Made by a program: the position numbers and the translations under genes. The notes beneath the pieces were generated by a model. That model was not told the origin of the DNA, searched no databases, and saw nothing but the letters and a program-made list of their open reading frames with translations. A DNA stretch of 64,000 nucleotides. Origin: Gnetum montanum. Lineage: Eukaryota > Plantae > Gnetophyta. This document shows positions 26,768 to 40,091 of this stretch, one piece after another. Within the stretch, counting starts at the first letter, position 1, and every line of letters starts with the position of its first letter. The stretch is from assembly GCA_015680685.1 (NCBI GenBank), contig MNCI01002597.1:243845-307844 (forward strand), written 5' to 3'.

Positions 26768-27580
26768 TGATGAGTGGCGAGGTACCCCTACACTCAACCA
26801 TACGAATATGAGTGTTACGCGCGTGATCCGGTCGAACTCTATAGACGAGCTAGTTGTGGCATTTAGACAGTTAGCCTTAGGTCGCAGTTCGCTGTCTTCC
26901 CACCTGGACTAGTATTAGCTTTGTCACGTATGGTTTAGTCCAGAGTGAGGTGTATGATGTGTTTTCTAATCTAATGCTACTCCTGAAGGTAATGGAAGAT
27001 AATATTAACTAAGCTAAGAGAGAAGGGTGAGAGAGAATCTAAGCTAGCCTAAGTGCGATGAGCATCTGTTCCTTGATTATCCGTACACATCTTGGACTTC
27101 GTGCACGAATACTACTGGGATTACCAAGCACATATCCTAGGTTACTACTGGATTACCAAGTAGTCACACTTAAATGCTCGTAATCAAGTCGTACTCATTC
27201 CGTGTTTTAACATGAGTTTAAGGGTGAGAAGAGATTAACTAGGAAAGCAATAAATAACAATTAAATAATTAATTAAACTAAGTGAATGCTGCAATGATGA
27301 AGTAATCTCAATCTTTATTGCTGGTCATGTGTGTGTCCAAGTACGTCACACTCGAATAAAGGATGTCGTACAATTACAATCACCACACTGCAGGCATACA
27401 CTGGGAAATATTCTAACTCTAGAATGATAAAACTGCAAGAGTCTAGCTAAGGGTCTAAATCTAAGTGCCTAAAACTGGGAAAGCCACCTCTTATTTATAG
27501 AAATTGAGGCAGGCTACGATATCGTGGGTGCATTATCATGGGTGCGATATCGCGATTGTCAGCAAATTCATGACTCATCA
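26768..27580 (-). mobile_element. Solo LTR of the Athila-like family (813 bp) inserted near the gag start of C
   Basis: TGATGAG...CTCATCA termini, flanks CTTGT / CTTAT (TSD, 1 mismatch), no PBS or PPT. Confidence 0.85.
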
Positions 27581-27724
27581 CTTATGAAAGAGACATGGTT
27601 GTAAATTTGTGTGTGATTTAATTACCATTATTATTATTATCTCTCTTTTTTTCTTAAAGATATGTCGTTAATACTTTGTTACAGTGATCTTGTATGATGT
27701 AACTAATCTAGATAACTAGCACAG

Positions 27725-27742
27725 TCCCTGGCAACAGCGCCA
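27725..27742 (-). other. tRNA-Asp primer-binding site of element C
   Basis: Reverse complement TGGCGCTGTTGCCAGGGA, 2 mismatches from TGGCGCCGTTGCCGGGGA (Athila-type PBS). Confidence 0.85.
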
Positions 27743-27743
27743 A

Positions 27744-28619
27744 TGATGAGTGGCGAGGTACCCCTACACTCAACCATATGAATATGAGCATTTGCGCATG
27801 ATTCGGTCGAACTCTATGGAACAAGCTAGTTGTGGTATCTAGATAGTTACACATTGATCGTGGTTCACTGTCTTCCCACCTGGACTAGTATTTGCTTTGT
27901 CACGTATGGTTTAGTCCAAAGTGAGGTGTATGATGTGATCCTAAACTAGTGCTACTCCTAAAGACAATGGAAAATAATCTTGATTAAACTAATAAGCAAT
28001 AGGAAATGAAGTCTAAGCTAACCTAAGTGCGATGAGCATCCGTTCCTTAATCATCAGTACACATCTTAGACCTCGTGCATGACTACTACTGAGATTACCA
28101 AGCATAGATCTTAGGTACGCTACTAGGTTACCAAGTAGTCACACTTAAATGCTCATGATTAAGTCGTACTCTTTCCACGGTTAACAACAAGAATAGTAAA
28201 TGATGGTAAAGAAATATTAACTAAGAAAACAATAAATAACAATAACAATTAAATAATTAAAACTAAGTGAATGCTGCAATGATGAAGTAATCTCGATCTT
28301 TATTGTCAATCATGTGCGTGTCCAAGTACATCACACTTGAATAAAGATTCCATACAATTATAAGCATCACATTGCGGGCATGCACTTGGGAAATAGTCTA
28401 ACTCCTACGAAAAAAAACTGCAAGAACTTCCCTACAATTACCCAAAAGATACCTAAGTGTGGCGAGAGCCCACTTATTTATAGGCTAAAACAGGCTCCAC
28501 GTAAACGGGCCATGTCGATGCATGGAGGGATGCATCGACGAGGCCGTGTCGACGCGGCTGCATATACGGGCCCCGTATACATGGCCTGGTCAACGCATCG
28601 ACTATTTAGCGCTTCATCA
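27744..28619 (-). repeat. 5' LTR of element C (876 bp)
   Basis: TGATGA...TCATCA termini, homologous to the LTRs at 26768, 41199 and 63220. Confidence 0.88.
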
Positions 28620-30880
28620 AGTGTCAACTCAAAATGCTTAACTTTTTAAATCATCAAAATGTTTTTGCTCTGCAAGTCCACTATGGAGATGCTTGGAATT
28701 AAAAATCTTTTAATATTTTTCCAAAGAAAATGGAGGATGAATCATCAAAGAGTCAATGCAGTTAACCCTAGATAAATTTATCCTATATTAATAGTGACTT
28801 TATATAGAGTCATTCATTTTGATTTATGGATACTTATGATCCATGCCAATAGCCATAGTAGTTAACACGATTCTCCTCAAACCATAGGTACAATCAGGAC
28901 ATGGATTACGATTGTTAAATAGACATTCAATGTAAGAGTCAAAATCAACAACATAAGATGGAAATGCATATGGCTTTTCCTAGGACAATAGATAATATTG
29001 CGAACTATGCCAAGTGCACTATTCACTAATATTGCATCTCCACAAAGGTTGTGTGATCATGCACCTTCACACATGTGTAAAGATTGTTGAATATCATTTC
29101 CATCATCATCTAAGATTCTGAATCTATGGAAATCTTTGTTTCACATTTTCAATTTTATTTAAAGATTTTACATAATATTTTAAGGACTTAAGTTTCATAA
29201 GATGTGCTCAATGATGGTGATCTTTAAAACAAATAATTGAATTCCATTCAATAATATGAAAATGCAAAATAACTACGTTAATCGTGGCTTGTGCCAGAAG
29301 ATCCTCTCAAATTTGTTATTTTTAATAAAGTGGTAAGAGGATGTGCCCTCGGCCAAAGTAAAGTCCACCTTAATTGGCAAATCCTTTGCATTAGGGAAAA
29401 GCTACTGGCCATAATAGATCATCATCAATCATGTTGTCCTTTCTGCACTTGCCATAATACATCATCTTTAATGATCATCAATCAAATGCTTTCCGTACCT
29501 TAATGCTAAGCCCATTTGAAATCAGCCTGGGTATATTTTAATATTCACCCTATGCTAGATGAGGCAAAGGTTTCCCCAGGATGATTAAGCAGCACGCCTT
29601 CGTACTCCAAAACCTTGCCATGTGACGGGCCAGTTTTTTGAAATTCTCCGGAACTCAATCTAATGGAATTGACGAATTGAACCTGTGACGGTAGTTGTCA
29701 TGTTTGAATTGTTTCTGCAGCCATTTGCATAGCGAAACATCGTCGCGTCGGTGACAGAGCTACTGTCTGATACGATTCTCATAACGTCGCATCCATTACT
29801 GTACAGAGCATGGTTTTCATGGGTAACCCCACACCACATTTCCCTGCGGTGCTCTGATTTCTTCCCTTACGTGCTTTAGTCTTATACTCTTATTGTTCGT
29901 TAATGGGTAATGACATTCAGGAAAGCTTTTGGTTTCCATTCAGTGTAACACTGTAGCAGTTAAAACGATTTTGGTCTCCATTCAATGTAGCAACTAAGCT
30001 CAGCTCGCGAAAAGGCTGTTTGTTTACAGTCAAAATAAAGTTTCCGTGCCCAAGGAAAATTGTAAACAATGGGCGTATTGTCTGTGTGTGGTTTGCGAAT
30101 TGCGAGTACCAAATCTGATGTTGCCCAGCAATTATTCAAAATCGAGCAGCTTTGTCTGGGCTTCCAAATTCTAGTCGCTGCGTTTGTGCCTTGTCAGTTG
30201 CCATGCAACATCACATGATGAAAATTTACATGTGACGCATACTATATATGCATGTCGTCTTTGTCGAGTTGTGGCCATCATCATGGCATCATTGTAACTG
30301 CTTGTTTGATGCATATTTTGAAATTTTTCGAAAATTCAAACTCCCGCCGCATCTGCAGTTAATGTTGGTCCATGCCAAGCAGAAGAAACAGTTACCGCAG
30401 CAGATAGTTCCGTCAACGCCATGGCCTCTTTATTGGCTTCGGTAAGGTAAACGAAGCACCGAGGATCTCGGTCATCCTTTAATATGATGCATAGATCTGT
30501 CTGTCTGTGTTATTGAAGTCGTCTGTGTTTTTCTCGTCAAAGTAGCACGCGGCAAACCCTTCATCCTGAAAGCTTGCGATGAGCTCAGCAGCCGTAGGGC
30601 TGTCCCCTAGTAATCATCATTTATTGATACCGTATGCCTCAATGAAACTAAATATTCACTTTGACGATGTTTTTTTTTCTTCGCGCTTTTGGTGGCTCAA
30701 TACTACTGTCCTCGCGGGTTTGAATTTCATCACCATCATACTAACACCTGTGCGAGGAAAAAAGCATTTGATGCTTGAATGCTCTTTTACCATTCATCGG
30801 TAGATGTTACATTGTTTTCTTTATCTGTGTAGTGCAAGCAAAGCTTTTGTTAGTGTGATTCATTTCGTTTCAGTTGATAC

Positions 30881-31060
30881 TCATGGTTTATAGAAGGCTG
30901 CCTAGCAAATATGGACCCTTGGGATATCTCTATAGATTATTTTCTTTCTACCAAGAATGTAACTTTACTTTGGGTCATCAATTCTAAAATGTACCCTATG
31001 AGATTTAGAGATGCATGTAGAGAATTGGCTGTCGTGTTTAATTGGGTTGCAAATTTGTTA
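30881..31060 (+). pseudogene. Decayed fragment of an inositol transporter (INT, MFS sugar porter) coding region
   Basis: With small indels it reads WFIEGC(P)SKYG...YIIFFLPRM-TLLWVINSKMYPMRFRDACRELAVVFNWVANLL, matching the recalled INT2/4-type motif GCPSxxG...[42 protein letters not shown]. Many differences are G>A or C>T. Confidence 0.78.
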
Positions 31061-33835
31061 TTAATCTTGCAGGTATGCATCTACAAGGCTTTCTTCCTGG
31101 TCTTCTAGGAAATTTATCATCTTTGGATTCTCTGAGAACGTTGAATCTCTCCTCAAATGAGTTTCATGGAAGTATTCCTCCGGTTTTGGGATCCCTAGCA
31201 AGCTTGCAGATCCTCAATTTAGCGGATAATCACCTGAGTGGCTCTATGCCCTCCGCCCTAGCAATCCTGTCTTTGTTGGTCCGTTTGGATGTTTCCAAGA
31301 ACAATCTGAGCGGTCCAATTCCTCCAAAGCTTGGCATGCTTGAAAACTTGAGTACGCTGGATCTGTCACAAAATGAGCTCACTGGCTCGATTCCTCCCTC
31401 CCTATCCAATATCTCTTCTTTGGCTGATTTGAGACTGTATCAGAATCACTTCAGAGGGCAGATTCCATGGCAGTTTGGCAACAAGCTTGGAAAATTGAAA
31501 TACCTCTGGTTGTGGCAAAATCAGCTGAGTGGACGTATACCAAAGACACTGGGTAACTGCTCCTCTCTTACCATGTTCATTGCATCTTCCAACTATCTGT
31601 GGTACCATACCAGTTGAATTGGGCATGTTGTCATCTCTTGTAAGATTGAAGCTTAATAAAAATCAACTTGACAGTGGCGCTGATCTGAGCACTAAGTTCA
31701 TCACAGCTCTGACCAATTGCTCAGTTCTAGAGCAGCTAACACTGGGTAACAATAAACTGACAGGGACGCTCCCTGATAGCATTGGCAGGCTCTCAAGAAA
31801 TCTTTCCCTCTTGGAAATGACTAATAATTTCCTGTCAGGAAGTATGCCTATGCAGATTGGCAATCTCAGTGCACTAGCGTTCCTCGCCTTGAACTGGAAT
31901 GTCTTCACAGGAAAAATACCTGTGACGTTGAGTAAGCTTACAAGCCTAGAACGTCTGCAGCTGCAGCATGATCAGCTAATAGGTGAGGTCCCTGGTGAAT
32001 TTGCAAAATAAGTTCTCTTGGTATTTTGGATTTGAGTGACAACTTGCTTTCTGGACGGATCCTGATGCCATTGCTTCTCTCCAGCAATTAAGACAACTCA
32101 TTCTCCATCACAACAATTTATCAGGAAGCATTCCTTCAAGTTTAGAATTCTGCTATAATTTGGAATTGCTAGATTTGTCTTACAACCTACTATCTGGAGC
32201 CATTCCTAGGGAAATTGGGAAGCTTTCCAATATTCAGCTATATCTAAATTTTTCCTCAAATTTTCTATCTGGTCAGTTTCCTGCTGAAATAAGTAGCATG
32301 ATAATGGCACAAGCAATAGATGTCTCGTCCAACAAGTTGTATGGGCGTATTCCCTATCAAATTGAAAGTTGCAGTGGACTACAGTTGTTGAATTTATCTA
32401 GAAATTATTTCAGTGGATCCATTCCTGAACAAATTGGAAACTTACAAAGCCTTATAAGTCTGGATGTTTCATCCAATAACCTGTCAGGGACTGTTCCTGT
32501 CTCAAATCTTAATGGCCTTAAGTTTCTCCAATATTTGAATCTCTATTATAACAAGTTGATAGGGCAAGTTCTTAAGGAAGATTTCAGCAGCAATGTATCA
32601 GTATATCTGCAAGGGAATCCAGAGCTTTGCGGATCACAACAGTTGAATATTTCTGCATGCCCAAAACCAAAAACTCACTCTAAAATGCTGTGGATCTTAT
32701 TGCCAATCATTAGTGCCATTGCCTTAACGTGTGTACTTTTACTTATAGTTAGGCATATGGTAAGTAAGAAAAAACAATGTTCTCCAAGTTTAAAGCTCCA
32801 ACAGATTTTGTATGAAGAACTTTCTGAGGCAACTGAGGGATTCATTGAGACCCGTTTGCTTGGGAGAGGAGGCTATGGTTCAGTCTATAAAGCAATTTTG
32901 AGTGACGGCAAAATAGTAGCCGTCAAGGTCATCATTTTACTGAACGATGAGGTTACAAAAAGCTTTACTGCAGAGTGTAGAATATTGTCTTCGATTCGTC
33001 ATAGAAATCTGGCAAAACTCATATCTGCATGTTCCACTCCTAATTTCAAAGCCTTAGTATATGAATTTACGCCAAATGGAAGCTTGGAAGATCATTTGTA
33101 TGTTAGAGCAGATATTAGCAACTTAAATGGTGACCGCATGTCACAATTCAGACTTAGATTCAACATCAATGGATGTGGCTCATGCTTTGGAATATCTTCA
33201 TCATGATTGTTTTGTGCAAATAGTTCATTGTGATATTAAGCCAGCAAATGTTCTTCTGGAGGAAGACATGACCGCCCATCTATCAGATTTTGGAATTTCA
33301 AGATTGATAAAGGTGCCGTCAGGCGAATCTATTGCTTCAACGACTTACATGAGAGGAACAATGGGATACATTGCCCCAGGTACCAACTCTAGAACTCAAA
33401 ATACCTCACATTCTTCTAATCTATTATTTAACAACTTCTTCATGCATTCAAAATCCTTCTGATCTGGAGTTTGTCTTAAATGCAGAGTACGGATTGGTTG
33501 GAAAAATTTCAACAAAAGGAGATGTGTATAGCTATGGAATTTTGTTGTTGGAGATGCTCACGAGAAACAGGCCAACCAATGAGGTATTTGATGAAGGCAT
33601 GAACCTACACAAGTGGGTTGACAGCACCTTCCCTAACATAACTGGGATATTAGATCCTAGTCTCTTGAAAGACATTGATGGAGATGATATTGATCATAAT
33701 AACGCATTTGAATGCATAATTTCTCTGTTCCGTATTGGATTGCTTTGTTCAAAGGAAAGGCCTGAAGAACGGCCAAATATGAGAGATATTTCCAGATTCT
33801 TCAAAAGTCTAAAAGAAAATTTGAAGGATAGCTGA
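31061..33835 (+). pseudogene. LRR-XII receptor-like kinase pseudogene (tandem paralog of 37056-40091)
   Basis: Colinear with the intact copy. Frameshifts near 31600, 32008, 32060 and ~33150. No ATG, signal peptide or LRRNT cap. Intron 33380-33485 (GYIAP|EYG) is retained. HCDIKPAN motif. Confidence 0.92.
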
Positions 33836-36800
33836 AATTTCATGTCAGAAAGGGCAATTCACCAATAAAATTTCCTTTCTGTTTTCTTTGAGATGAAAGC
33901 AGCTGCCTTCTACATCATGAAGGAACAATATCTTAGCATGCCATCCATTGTAATTCTAATTGTGTGACCTCGAACAATCAACACATAAGAGTTTGCGATT
34001 GCCTTGAGATCCTGAGATATAAATTATGAATTAATTTTACACTAGCTATTCTTGATGATAATCAGAACAACATGCATCCAGACATATGGATGAACATGCT
34101 GTTCTATCTTCTTTGTTGTCAAGATTTTTGGCAGCCTCTCTATTGTTTCTCAACTTACATTGTATGATTTTAACAGCCTCTTCATTTCCCCTTTCTGCAG
34201 TCACATTTACATCAATGTATTTATTTTTCCAAGACTTGATAGTTTTGGGTCATTAACAAGCAATTTTTACTGATCATTTATATCTTGAAAGTTTCAACAG
34301 TGATCAACAGATGTGAACTTTGAGGTCAGCCTCTCATGTTTTTTAGGCATCCGCCACAGACGTCTACTTCTGGAATCAGGAGGCATGCCATGAAAACTGT
34401 GGCCTATGCGTTTGTTTGTCATAATAAAATCGGTTCTTCGGTTATTAAACGGATAATGCTAGCTTGACCATTATTTAGATTGCAGCTCTGTAACTGGACT
34501 CTCCCACATCCAGGCAGCCATATTGCTCGGTTATTACGATGGATGATAAATCCTTTAAGGATTCGAAGTTACTGTTGTGATAACGTGGAAGAAATGTTCC
34601 AGCTGGTAAAAATCGATTAACAGAGCTTCCCAGTTGCCATATTGGAGTAGGCCAACATCACCACCAAACTCAACAATTCTATTGAACATTTTATAGTGCA
34701 GTTTCACGATGATTTATCAGGTTTAGTTCATGTTGAAAGGCCTGTAAATTGCATCTTGCAGGTCATGGATTTAATCCCAATCGCTAATGCTAAGATTCAA
34801 CTTCTGGAATTGGAATGATGGAAATTGAACTTTGCCCAGTACATTTAAAAGTTATTGGAATAATTGTAATTAAAAAAAAAACGTTTCAGTTTCAAAATTT
34901 TGAAGTTAATTTTTTTTAAAATGCAAGAATAGCATGAAACGAAAAATTAAATCAAAAACCTTCAATTTCTCTCCATTCGTTTGTGTTCCAAGATATTTTA
35001 CTCTCATCTTTGCATAAAAATTGAAACTTCCAAAATTTTAAGATAATGTTTTGGCTCTTGTGAACAAAAAATCGTAGGTAACAAATTTATGTTGTATGGC
35101 AGAACATTTGCAAGGAATTGGTTTTCTTCGTAGTTCTTGGATGAGGATTATGCATGCTGAAGTTATGGTTGCTTTTCAATATAGATTTACACGGTAAAAA
35201 GCATATGAAGCATGAGTAGCAAGTGAATGATTTGAAATTTGAGTTATTTCCTGAAAAAATATTCCGATAATTTCTTGACACCTATTTCCTGCGGTGTTGT
35301 TACAAATAAAATGCTTTATTTTCTTTTCTTTCTTAATGCTAATGATGTATACTAATTAATAGTTGATTTTTTATTTTTTACATCAGCAACTTTGCAGTTA
35401 AATAATGTGGCTTAATAGTCCTGTGGCTCATAGCATTTTCATTTTCCTATTTGTTCTATTATTTAGCAATGTTTTGATGATGAAACATGCTCTAAATATA
35501 AGTTCGTTTATACATAAGCATGAAGGGTGAATCTTTCAAATATAAGTAGGATGACTTCAATCACAAGTTATCAAGTTATAAATAAAAAACCTTGTGTGGA
35601 AATATTTTTGAAACTCTTCAAACTTAGATTAAAAGGAGTAAAAAAATTTCAGTTTCAATTTCATGCTATTTCTTCCTAGTTCCTGCAACTATTATCATGA
35701 AAGGCAGAGGTTTGCTTATCAGATCTTTTTCTGCTAAAAAATGAAGTTAAGGATAAAAGGAGACAATTTGAAATTACCAATAAAAAAATCAAGGTAATGC
35801 CAAAGATAAAAAATAAGCTGTATGTAAATGTTTTTACTTTTATTATAGAAAAATGTCTGTCAAACTATCACACAAGAAAAATCCATCCTTATTTAACAGA
35901 AAGAATATTAACTCAATCAAAAATAACATTAACTGATTGTAAATGTTCTCGACGTAAAGTTTACTGAACATCAAAGCACATCAAATCAACGAGTTATAGT
36001 ATGTGACCTGCAATTGTAACACCCATAACAATGACAAGGCCTGTAAGTAACCATGTATCAAGGCGGAAAGAGATTTGCTAGTCAACGCTTTTGGGGTAAA
36101 ACAGCTACTTTGAAAAATATAGGTTGCAATTTGGCCTTTCAATTATTTGAATTTCAATGTATAGTGGGCATGATATTTCTAAGCCCTGTAATGGACTCTA
36201 AGAATGCTACTGTGAATGTGTATTAAAAAACATTAAAAGCTTTAAGTAAAACATTTAAATAAAAAGGAAAAACCGATATCTTTTTATAGTTACTCGCCAA
36301 GTTAATAGCCATCTTAATAACCTGCAATCAAGATAGAGACCGGCAACTTTAGTTTTAGCGGTGAAGGGTGTGTTTGATGAGCGCTACGCTGTGGGATGAA
36401 CTACAACTAGAATCTGAAAAGCTTAACGCGGTGATACAGCATTCAAACTGGATTTACCCTATAGTTGTCAAGATGGGTATTGATGCTCTGAGCTACATTA
36501 CCTCGTTTTCATTGCATTTCAGCTTCTTTTCACGTATAGAAAACCGAGCCAAGTCAGTCTAAGCATATACAAAAGATGAAACGCCACCATCATGTTGTCT
36601 TATTTGCAGGCAATTGGATTGCAAAATATAGGCAATGGCTGGCTGGCATAGTGGCATGATTGAGAGAACATTGCATCTGGATAAGTCAAGGCATATCTTG
36701 AAAATTCCATGGTTTCCCCAAGCACCTTATCGCCAGTTCCCTGTTTGTAGCATGATTTTTCCCGGACGACGTTAAACAAAATCTTGGTTTCCATCAGTGT

Positions 36801-37055
36801 AGCGGTGTTGCTGGTAAAACCCTGTACAAGGTCTAGTCATAAAAGGCGTGCTGCGCTAGGAAAGAGCAGCGTCACTGCGCTCCTCTCTTTGGAAATTCTG
36901 AAGATTTCACCTTTCTTAGCAAATCGCTTTTACGTTTTAATTTTTTATGCATGTGGATAAGGCTTCCAGCTTCAGAGGATGCTGAGTATAAGCAATGAGG
37001 CAGCCCCCTCCTGAATTTACCAGGATTATTGCCCAAGTTCTTAGCCTTCCTGTTA

Positions 37056-40000
37056 ATGATGTCATCTAATACAGCCCTGCTGTTTGCCGTCTTCCTTATG
37101 CTTTCTTCGCTTGCTGCAGCTCTGTTGCATCAGCAGACAGATGAACAGACTTTGTTATCTTTCAAGAGGCAAGTGATATCAGACCCACTGGAATGCTTGG
37201 CCAATTGGAATCCAGAAAACAGACATTTCTGCAATTGGACTGGTGTGAGCTGCAGCAGCGATGATAGCAGAGTCGTGGGTCTCAATCTCACAGGTATGCT
37301 GCTGCAAAGCCCTCTCCCAGCTCTTCTGGCCAATATGTCATACCTGCACATGCTTGATCTTTCTACGAATGGGTTCCATGGAAAAATTCCTGCGGTTTTG
37401 GGCTCCCTAAAAAGTTTGCAGGTTCTGAACCTGGCAGGAAACTACCTGAATAGTAAAATTCCCTCGGCCTTGTCAAATCTGTCTGCCTTAGTTGTTCTGG
37501 ATGTCTCTGGAAACAACCTTAGCGGAATAATCCCTCCGCAATTGGGCATGCTCAAATACTTATATACGCTGGATCTATCCGAGAATCAGCTCTCTGGTAC
37601 AATTCCGTCTTCCTTATCTAATCTCTCTTCTCTGGCCGATTTGATACTGTATCACAACTACTTCAGAGGGCAAATTCCATGGCAGTTTGGAATCAACCTT
37701 GGGAAATTAGAAAACCTAAACCTGTGGGGAAACATGCTTAGTGGAACTATACCAAAGACTCTTGGCAACTGTTCCAGTCTTATAAAGTTTATTGCAAGCA
37801 GCAACAATCTCAATGGTAGCATACCAGTTGAATTGGGCAACTTGTCATTTCTTGTGAGACTGAAGCTTCATAAAAATCAACTTGACAGTGGTAGTGATTT
37901 TGGTAATAAGTTCATCACAGCTCTCACGAATTGCTCGTCTCTTGAGCAACTAACTTTGAGCTTCAACAAATTTACAGGAATGTTGCCTGATAGCATTGGC
38001 AGGCTCTCGAGAAATCTTTCTGTCTGGCAATTGACAAACAATTCTTTATCAGGAAATATACCTCTACAGATTGGCAATCTCAGTAGATTGACATATCTTG
38101 CTTTAGACTGCAATCATGTTACAGGAAGGATACCTGGAACAATAAGGACACTCAGAAACTTGGAACGTTTGCAGCTGCAAAATAATCTGTTAGAAGGGAA
38201 AATTCCTGGTGAACTTGCAGAATTAAGTTCTCTTGGCGTTTTCGATGTGAGCTACAACAAGCTTTCTGGACAGATTCCCAATGCCATTGCCTCTCTAAAG
38301 CAATTAAGACAGCTCATTCTTCATCACAATTACCTTACAGGAAGCATACCTTCAAGTTTGGAATATTGCTATAATTTGGAGTTGCTAGATATCTCATACA
38401 ATGCTCTGTCTGGAATAATACCAAAGGAGGTTGGCAAGCTATCTTATATACAACTGTACATAAATTTTTCTTCAAATCTATTAGAGGGTCAGTTGCCTGT
38501 GGAAATTAGCAATATGATGATGGCTCAAGCAATAGATGTCTCATCAAACAAGTTGACCGGGCCCATTCCATCCCAAATTGCAAGTTGTAGCGGGCTTCAA
38601 TGGTTGAATTTATCTAGAAATTATTTTAGTGGATCCATTCCCAATGAAATCGGCAACTTGAAAAGCATTTTAAGTTTAGATCTTTCCTCAAATAACCTCT
38701 CAGGAGCAATTCCTGTTTCAGTTTTTAATGGTCTAACACTGCTTCGTTATTTGAACCTATCTTTTAACATGTTCACAGGCAAAATTCAGGAGGAAGATTT
38801 CAGCAATAGAAATATCTCAACAGATTTGCAAGGGAATCCTGGCCTTTGTGGATCACAGCACTTCAATATTGCTGAATGCCGAATATCAGGGGCCCATTCA
38901 AAAAAGTTGTGGATCCTTTTTCCAGCTATCAGTGTCACTACTCTAATGTGTGTATTAGTAATCATATTTTGGAAAGTGGCGAAAAGGAAATTTCTTTTGC
39001 TAGAATTCCAGTCTCGTAGTTCAAGGCTCCAAGAGCTTCTGTATGAAGAACTTTCTGAAGCAACTAATGGATTTAGTGAAGCTAATTTAATCGGGAGGGG
39101 CAGCTATGGATCTGTCTATAAAGGAGTTTTAAGCAATGGTCAAACTGTGGCAGTAAAGGTGATCAGCTTGCTGAACGATGAAATAAAAAAGAGTTTCACT
39201 GCAGAGTGCAATATTTTGTCTTCCATTCGGCACAGAAATCTTGTTAAGCTATTATCTTCATTTTCCACTTCTAATTTGAAGGGCTTAGTTTATGAATATA
39301 TGACCAATGGGAGCTTGGAAGATCACTTGTATTGTGGAGCAGATGCTAGCAATGACCATGTTGAATGCAAGTTAACATTAGTTATAAGGTTAAGCATTGC
39401 AACAGATATTGCACATGCCTTAGAATATCTTCACTGTGATAGTTTTGTGCAAGTTGTACACTGTGATATTAAGCCACCAAATGTTTTATTGGATGAGGAT
39501 ATGACTGCCCATCTATCAGATTTTGGAATATCAAGATTAATAGAAGTGCAATCAGGCGAGTCTGCTCCTTCTACAATTTCTATGAGAGGAACAATGGGAT
39601 ACATTGCACCAGGTACCAAACACTAGAGTCTAGTCTTTTTTATATATTGCTCCTTCACATTTTCGTTGCCTGCCTGTATTTTAGGTTCTTATTTATGCTG
39701 GCAAAAGTCTTCTAATAAAATTTTTGCATTGAACGTAGAGTATGGAGTGGACGGCAGGATTTCCACAGAAGGAGATGTATATAGTTTTGGGATTTTGCTG
39801 TTAGAAATGCTAACTAGAAAAAAACCAACTAGCGAGCTATTTGTTGAAAATCTGAACTTACACAACTGGGTGGGTATGAGCTTTCCTGAAAGGATACATG
39901 AGATAATAGATCCTTGCCTCTTAAAACAAATTAAGGATGAAGGCATAGATGAAAATCGGGCATTTGATTGTTTAACTTCCTTGATTCAAGTTGGTTTGCT

Positions 40001-40091
40001 TTGTTCAAATGAAAGGCCTCAATCACGACCAACTATCAGACAGGTATCAAGAATTTTGGAAAGTTCAAAAGCAAATTTTATGGGCTACTGA
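37056..40091 (+). CDS. LRR receptor-like Ser/Thr kinase, subfamily XII (FLS2/EFR/Xa21-like), 969 aa. Exons 37056-39612 and 39739-40091
   Basis: Signal peptide, LRRNT (TDEQTLLSFK..W...FCNWTGVSC), ~20 LxxLxLxxNxLxGxIP repeats, GNPGLCG cap, TM helix, and a kinase with GRGSYG, VAVK, non-RD HCDIKPPN, DFG and GYIAP|EYG across a GT-AG 126-nt intron. Confidence 0.95.

Larger units (their letters stand above)
23165..28619 (-). mobile_element. Athila-like element C, gag-only and 3'-truncated (left boundary approximate)
   Basis: 5' LTR 28619-27744, Asp PBS and gag, followed directly by 3' non-coding DNA similar to element A (CAAGTGGGTCCTCCCCAAAG at ~757 and ~23381). No pol and no 3' LTR seen. Confidence 0.78.

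Noticed and set aside
28620-29500. Faint hAT-transposase-like words on the minus strand (also 22628-23160)
   Set aside because: Requires several assumed frameshifts, and no TIR or TSD was found.
34330-34620. Exon-like segments downstream of the RLK pseudogene
   Set aside because: No recognisable protein or consistent gene model.
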